A DNA stretch of 64,000 bases, from assembly GCF_025526975.1 (NCBI RefSeq), contig NW_026515668.1, positions 62,001 through 126,000 on the forward strand, in the 5' to 3' direction. The position numbers and the translations under genes were made by a program. Below the pieces are notes generated by a model that was not told the origin of the DNA, made no database searches, and saw nothing but the letters and a program-made list of their open reading frames with translations. The DNA is from Fimicolochytrium jonesii. Taxonomy: Eukaryota. Positions 58,321-64,000 of the stretch are shown here, piece after piece (within the stretch, counting starts at the first letter, position 1; each line of letters begins with the position of its first letter).

Positions 58321-59587
58321 TTATGATTTCGAGGGTTGTGCAGGTTTGGCAGACGTGGATTTCCCGTGCGGATTTCTGCTTGTTTTGATGATTTGATGAT
58401 CCAAATCAGCACATCGCGTATGCAACCAAAGGCAGGACTTGGGCACGATACATACCATACCAGGAAGTAAAACCTCCAAAACCCAGACCCCATCCACACT
58501 CCCAGCCTTCCACGTCGGTTCGACGAGATGGCGTAACAGCTTCTGCGTCCCGGGATCTATAGTGTTGTCTAACGATGCTGCTAACGCCTCTAACGTCGGT
58601 GTCATGTCCTTCGATTGTCGTGGAATGTAATGGGGCAGTTCCTGGATGATATTCCCCTTCTTCTTCTCCAGCTTGGTAGGCAGCAGTGTCGGTAATTTCC
58701 CTTCCTCCTTGACGCCCCTCCCTGATCCTCCTGCATCATCCACCGAATGCTGTTCACGCTGGATATGCGAAATCAACCCAGCGGTCGTCATACCCCCGAC
58801 ACCAGAAAGCGGATCGTCCGTGTCCGTGAAAGGAGATGATTCGACTTCACCCTCTTCCAGAGGGCGGCCGGAGGTGTGCCAGCCGTAGGGGTCTGCGTAG
58901 ATATTCTTTTCGCGTTTGATTCCTACGATTCAGCATGCTTAGCATATCAGATCACCAGAGGGCGAAAAGGAAAATTGGGACACACCGTGACGAGATAACC
59001 GCACATCGAAAGATTCCTCAACGCATCCGATGGCGAGCTCAACCAGTTGCTCAAGAAAAGCTGGTGACTGCTCGGCTTCATCGATGATACTCGGATGCAC
59101 CACCGTGTCATAAACCGTATACCTCCCCCCATCTACACCCAGCCTCAAAAAGTTAGAACATCCCCCATTCTTCCACCACGTTGATCTGACTCAACACATA
59201 CCATCCCCACCCCTCCTCCTCCCTCCCAGCACAACAGTAACAGCCCCGTCCTTTCTCGGCTCGCTGATCCGATCCGTCTGCGCGAGATTGATCTTATGTG
59301 TTGATTTGCCATCCGTGGTGGTGAGACACCATCCCGGGCGGACTGCACGGGTTGGCGCGAGCGGGTTGAGGGGGTTGATGCCTTCGGCTGTGGCGGATTT
59401 TTGGAGGGTGGAGATGAGGGATTTGTATTCCTGTAGGGTTGGGAGAGGGATGTTACATGGGTGGATGATAGGAGGATATGAGGAGGGAAAGGATTTGAGA
59501 CGCTACCTTTGGGTCTTTGGCGTAGAGGGAGTCGAGGGCGGTCCATAGGTTGGTGGCGCCTTCGCGGAAATCGTCGGGTGAGGGCAT
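58321..59587 (-). CDS. PIH1-domain protein, PIH1D2-like (R2TP/dynein assembly co-chaperone family)
   Basis: N-terminal LWTALDSLYAKDPK/EYKSLI, YTVYDTVVHPSII...LVELAIGCVEE, and C-terminal CS-like LEVLLPGM...KSTSAK. Confidence 0.7.
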
Positions 59588-60128
59588 GGGTAGGGTTTGA
59601 GGTGATTGTTGCGTTTTGCGGTTGTACGGTTGTGTATGAGTGGTAGGAAGGTTGGACTTTGTCGGTTTTTCGCGTGGGCACTTGTAAACGCGTCAAAGCA
59701 ACACGACCCGTCTTCTCAGCACCCTCTCTGACAGTTTTTTTCTTCAGGTTTTGGTTGCGGTATCGGAATCCTCACCGACCCACGTGGAGGAATGCTCGTC
59801 TCCCCGCGTGGGCGACGACCAACGAAGGGGGGTAGAACCCATCGTGTGGCACGTGTACACGGTGAGTTTGCGAACCGTTTGCGGCATTGTAGGAGGAGTA
59901 AGGAGAGGAGTATGAGGCTGGTAAGTAGTGCACTGCATGTCCCACGCGTTTCGTTTTGCGACCTTGACATCTAACCCTTTCTTGTTCATTTCATTCACAA
60001 AGGCTGAAAAGGCCCAAGTTCGCTGCGTTTCGGGTCGTCCGGCCCGCCGGCCCGGGGCGAATCGGATTCGACTTCGCGGATCTGGTCCCGTGTCACCTCC
60101 GCTACGGAGGCGCCGAAGAACGGATGCC

Positions 60129-60368
60129 GTGTCCTACGGAAGGCGAACGATACTGGCGGGTCTCGTGGGGCTCGCTACGTCGCCGGCCTTGGGCAAGCCG
60201 GGTTCGTTCTCGGGGGTCTGGATCATCTCCTCGTCGGGACAAGCCTCCTTTCGGTACAGTAAGGGCGAAGTGAGGGACGCCGACTCCGCCGAAGTGAAGG
60301 TCTCTGGCCGAGGCTACTATGACGACAACTACGGAGGCCACGGCGGGGGTTACGGCGGACTGTATTAG
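60129..60368 (+). other. GC-rich mini-ORF with a bacterial twin-arginine-like signal peptide (possible foreign fragment)
   Basis: A GTG-start frame reads SYGRRTILAGLVGLATSPALG-KPGSFSGVWIISSSGQASFRY...YGGHGGGYGGLY*. Confidence 0.35.
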
Positions 60369-61642
60369 GCCTCATCCCTCTCAGGCCCTTTGGCTAAGAT
60401 GTAGCTTACATTGACGTAATTCACCTCTCCCCAAGGGTTTGCCGTGACAAGAAATCTGTTGCTGTCAAACTTCTGTCAATTTCGTGCTTCTGTACGCGTT
60501 TCACCATTTCAAGCGTTTCTGATGACATGATGACTATCAAGAATGGACTGGCAAGATATCCTGTATCTGATCTGGTCAGTTTGACAGCCAATCCTACTCG
60601 CATGTCGAGTATTTTGTAAATCATATCTTTGAAACTCGCTGGGTCACGCCGGTGATGTGCACCCGACGCTGCGACGCTTCCTAGTATTGCATTTCAGTAG
60701 TTTCGTGCGAGCTGGCTACATGTGGAAGGATGCCTTGTACGAATGGGGAGGGTCAGGCTGGATGGGGTACACATGAACGCCCAATCTCGTCGAATCCGCA
60801 CTTTGCGGCAGGACGCCGTATTGTGAGATGTGATTGAGCGATGTGATTTACGGCGTGGAGCGATGAAGGAAGAATCCTTTGAGAGGGCCATTCCGTAGCG
60901 CCCGAAGAGTAACCTCGAGGCGTAGGACGCGGTCCGAGCAGCGCTCGCTCAATAAACCAGATCGGAGGATGAGTTACATCGCTGTCTTTTCCCCGATCGT
61001 TTCAGACGGACTTTTCCAGTGGTATTTTTTCAATACGGCGAAAAACGCAACAAGCGCTGCGGTGTTGACAACCACCGTGCCTGGTCCTGCAGTCTTTGTC
61101 AAATACGCTCTCGCAAGTTTACATGTCGAAACCCCGGCACATCATTTTCCGCTTCTTTATGCCGTCTTTGAAACCCACGTTGAATAATCCCAAAAATGGT
61201 ATCTACATGCAACGGACCAGCGACCCTCAGAATAAGCGTCAGAGCGTCATTTTCCTCTTATTCTCTCCTTCCCATAGACCTACAGTGTCGAGTTGTTCGC
61301 ATCTCAACCAATGAAGGCAGATGAAGGCTGCACGGTACGGGATCTTATACCCCCCGCCAACCCCTTCCCTCTCCAAAATCACCCCAGCGTCCATCGAAGT
61401 CCAGTAGTTCACCGCATGACTGCATGAGGCTCTTCAAGTAAGGTACGAAGCTGGCGCGCACGGCGGCGATGTATTGAGCGCGAGAGATGAGCGCACTTGT
61501 CGGGGGTTGATAAGAGCTGTTTGCTGGCGCGAGTTTGGATGGTGGTGGCGGAGGATCGTGGTGTAAAGATATACATGTCCCCGAGGTGGAGGTGCATCGA
61601 GCCGAGGCGAGATCTCGTGTCTCCACCATCTATCATTAGCCC

Positions 61643-64000
61643 TTACACCAACCCAAAGCCCTTAGCATTCTCCACAGCCGTAACCAACATCCTCCTCAAC
61701 TTCTCCCTCCCCTCATACTCCGGCAAAAGCAACCTCCCAAAGCACGTCAAAGCCGTCGGCAACCGATCCGAATCCGGTCCATTCCGCTGTATCACGAACG
61801 TCAGATTCCGCAGGCCGTTCAGCGGGACGCGATCGGATGCGGTGACGAAATTCAGGAGGGCTTTTTTTTGGAGGAGGGTTAGGTCGGTGTGGACGACTGA
61901 CCAGAAGGCGACGATGAGTGGGTGGGTGGGGTGGTACCCGTCGTCGTATTCGGCCCCGGCTTGGAGTTGAGTGAAGTCGAGGGTTGTGGAGGCGGTGCCG
62001 CAGATCATGAGTTCGAGTTCGCTGGGGCGGCACATCTGGGGTTATTGCTAGGTGTGAGTTGTGAAATATGAGGGGGTTTGATGAATGCGCCAAGAAAACC
62101 CACCTTTAACGCCTCACCCCCACAAACCCTCCAAAATCCCTTCCTAAACGCCGCAAACTGCCTCCTCGTCGAATCGACCACAAAATGGCGGACAAACAAA
62201 TCCACATACTGTTTCCTATTCTCGTTGGTGACGAGCACGTCCTCGCCGCCGTGGACGAGCGGGAAAGTCTTGACTTGCCCGTAGACTTCGTAGGAGATTT
62301 CAAAAGTGCGTACGAACACGTCTGCGACGTCGCCGTCGGTCCAAGTGAGGAGTTGCTCGAGGCCGCGACCGAGGGACTATGAATGAGTCGGGGGAAGTGG
62401 TTGAGTAAGTATTGGTGCCGCAACCACAAATCGAAGTGGGTAGTAACTCACCGGCCACCCCTCCTTCAAATCCTCCAAAGTCGGCCCCTCATCCAGCAAC
62501 CTCTTATACATAACCCTCGGGAACCTCACATCCAACATCACCCCATTATACAGCGCCAGCCCAAGCACCGTGCCCACCAGCTCAAACTCTCGCTCACTCT
62601 CCAACGATGCGCCGTTGAGCCAGCACAGCCGCGTCTCGTCGTCGTAGGTGAACATGCCGTAGGAAGGATCGACGAGCTGGTCAATGAGGATCTGGAAGAA
62701 CTCCTTTTGCACGCCGCCTTGGTCCATGCCTTCTTCGCCGCCGCCGATGAAGCGGATTTTGAGCGGTTTTTTGAGCTCGGTTTTGTGTTTGTCGAGCTGT
62801 AAAAACGTGAGGCGGGATTCAGTAAGGCATAAACAACGTTGATTTATGACGACTAGAAGGGACACATCTCACCCACCCACCTGTTCCAGAACATCCTCAA
62901 CCAACCTCTCCCTCCTCAAATCCAGCAACAAATACGGGCTACTCCGATCCTTCAACGACTGCTCCAGCATCGCCAAACCGGGGGACGCCTGCAAGAACTT
63001 CTGCGCATTCAGCACAAGGGACTGATGCACGAACGCATCCTCAAACTCGAGCGACATCTGCGCCATGGCGTCGATGTGCATGATGCGCATCTTGGAGACG
63101 GGGTCGAAGAGGAAGGGGTGGTGGAAGTAGCTGAATTCGGGGATGGGGGTCGGGAGGCGGGTGGTGTAGTGGATGTTTTGGGGGGAGGGCGGTTGAGGCT
63201 GAGAGGCGTGGCCCTGACGGGAAGGCTCTTGTTTCTTCGAGGTAGTAGTTGTGCGCTTCCATATCCGGTACTCCTCTTTGAAATTGAGCTTCTTTGTCGC
63301 AGCGTCGCTGTAGAAGGCCGCGATAGGCAGTAAAGGCTCTGGTTTTGCGGTCTCGTTGGCTGTATAGAGCATTTTCAGCACGTTGATGCAGGATAACAGG
63401 CCATCATCGATCTTGGTGCTGGGTTGAAAATTCGTGTCGAGGTACGACAGGAACAGATTGACGATCCGACGCAGGCCATCCGACTCGTAGCGCGACAGCC
63501 AACGGGAGAGGGTTCGCTCCATGTTATGTTTCAAACCGCCCAAGACTAGACATAGTCGGCGCAACAGCGGTTCTTGTGATTGCGCGCCGTCGTGCCATAA
63601 CGGACATTCCAGAATGATCAGAAGCTGGCGGCAATGGTGCGTAGATGCGGAGTTGAGTTTCCTCAGGTTCATTTGCAGTCGTGCAAGTGTGATCTCCAAC
63701 GCTTCCACAATGGCCATATAGAAAACCTCTCGCGGGAGCAGCTCCGCAATAATCGAGGACGCTTGTCGGAGTGCCGACATGTCGATGCCCGACGGGTGAG
63801 TGCGCTCTTCATCTGCAGCGAGAAAGCTGCGATTGAGAGCATCGCTGTCGGAATAGAGGGAGCGAAGTCGGTCAGTCAGCGGTTTGGTGTCGTTGGAGTC
63901 GTCGTACGCGGCCACCAGAGACTTCAGCAACGGTAGTGTCATGGCGGTCAAAGCCTGCGGACGGTTGATGATGGCAGGCTCGAGTGGTCCATTTGTACCA
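61643..64000 (-). CDS. HECT-domain E3 ubiquitin ligase (HUL4/HECTD2/UBE3A-like), 5' end beyond the window
   Basis: FSYFHHPFLFDP, PYLLLDLRRERLVED, LKKPLKIRF...EEGMDQGGVQKEFF, LLNFVTASDRVP, RLPTALTCF (catalytic Cys), ENAKGFGLV. Confidence 0.93.

Overview
Gene-dense, intron-rich eukaryotic DNA. It is most likely from a zoosporic (chytrid-like) fungus; this is inferred from fungal-type housekeeping genes alongside cilium-associated ARL2BP and PIH1D2-like genes. Recognisable genes are a DUF4112 protein, REI1/ZNF622, striatin, NAT3/NAA20, an arrestin-like protein, CRM1/XPO1, a paraoxonase-like propeller, TIF6/eIF6, ATP7, RMI1, HNT1, RPN13, ARL2BP, PRE5, a PIH1-domain protein and a HECT E3 ligase that runs off the window end. 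The most unusual observations are: (1) RMI1 carries a C-terminal tail resembling the FANCM MM3 motif; (2) a stand-alone, apparently catalytically dead NRPS condensation domain is split by a coiled-coil/SAM/coiled-coil insert; (3) a decaying ~5 kb island of compact, intronless, virus-like ORFs lies next to a TET/JBP-type dioxygenase pseudogene; (4) HNT1 has a predicted 3-nt microexon; (5) two introns 35 kb apart share a GC-hairpin element whose loop is inverted between copies; (6) a Crypton/DUF3504-like domain is embedded in a host protein; (7) a short telomere-like repeat precedes ~2 kb of unexplained DNA; (8) a bacterial-looking Tat-signal mini-ORF is present; (9) C-rich and G-rich blocks alternate inside genes. 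All family assignments come from motif recognition by eye with no database search, and exon boundaries were placed manually.
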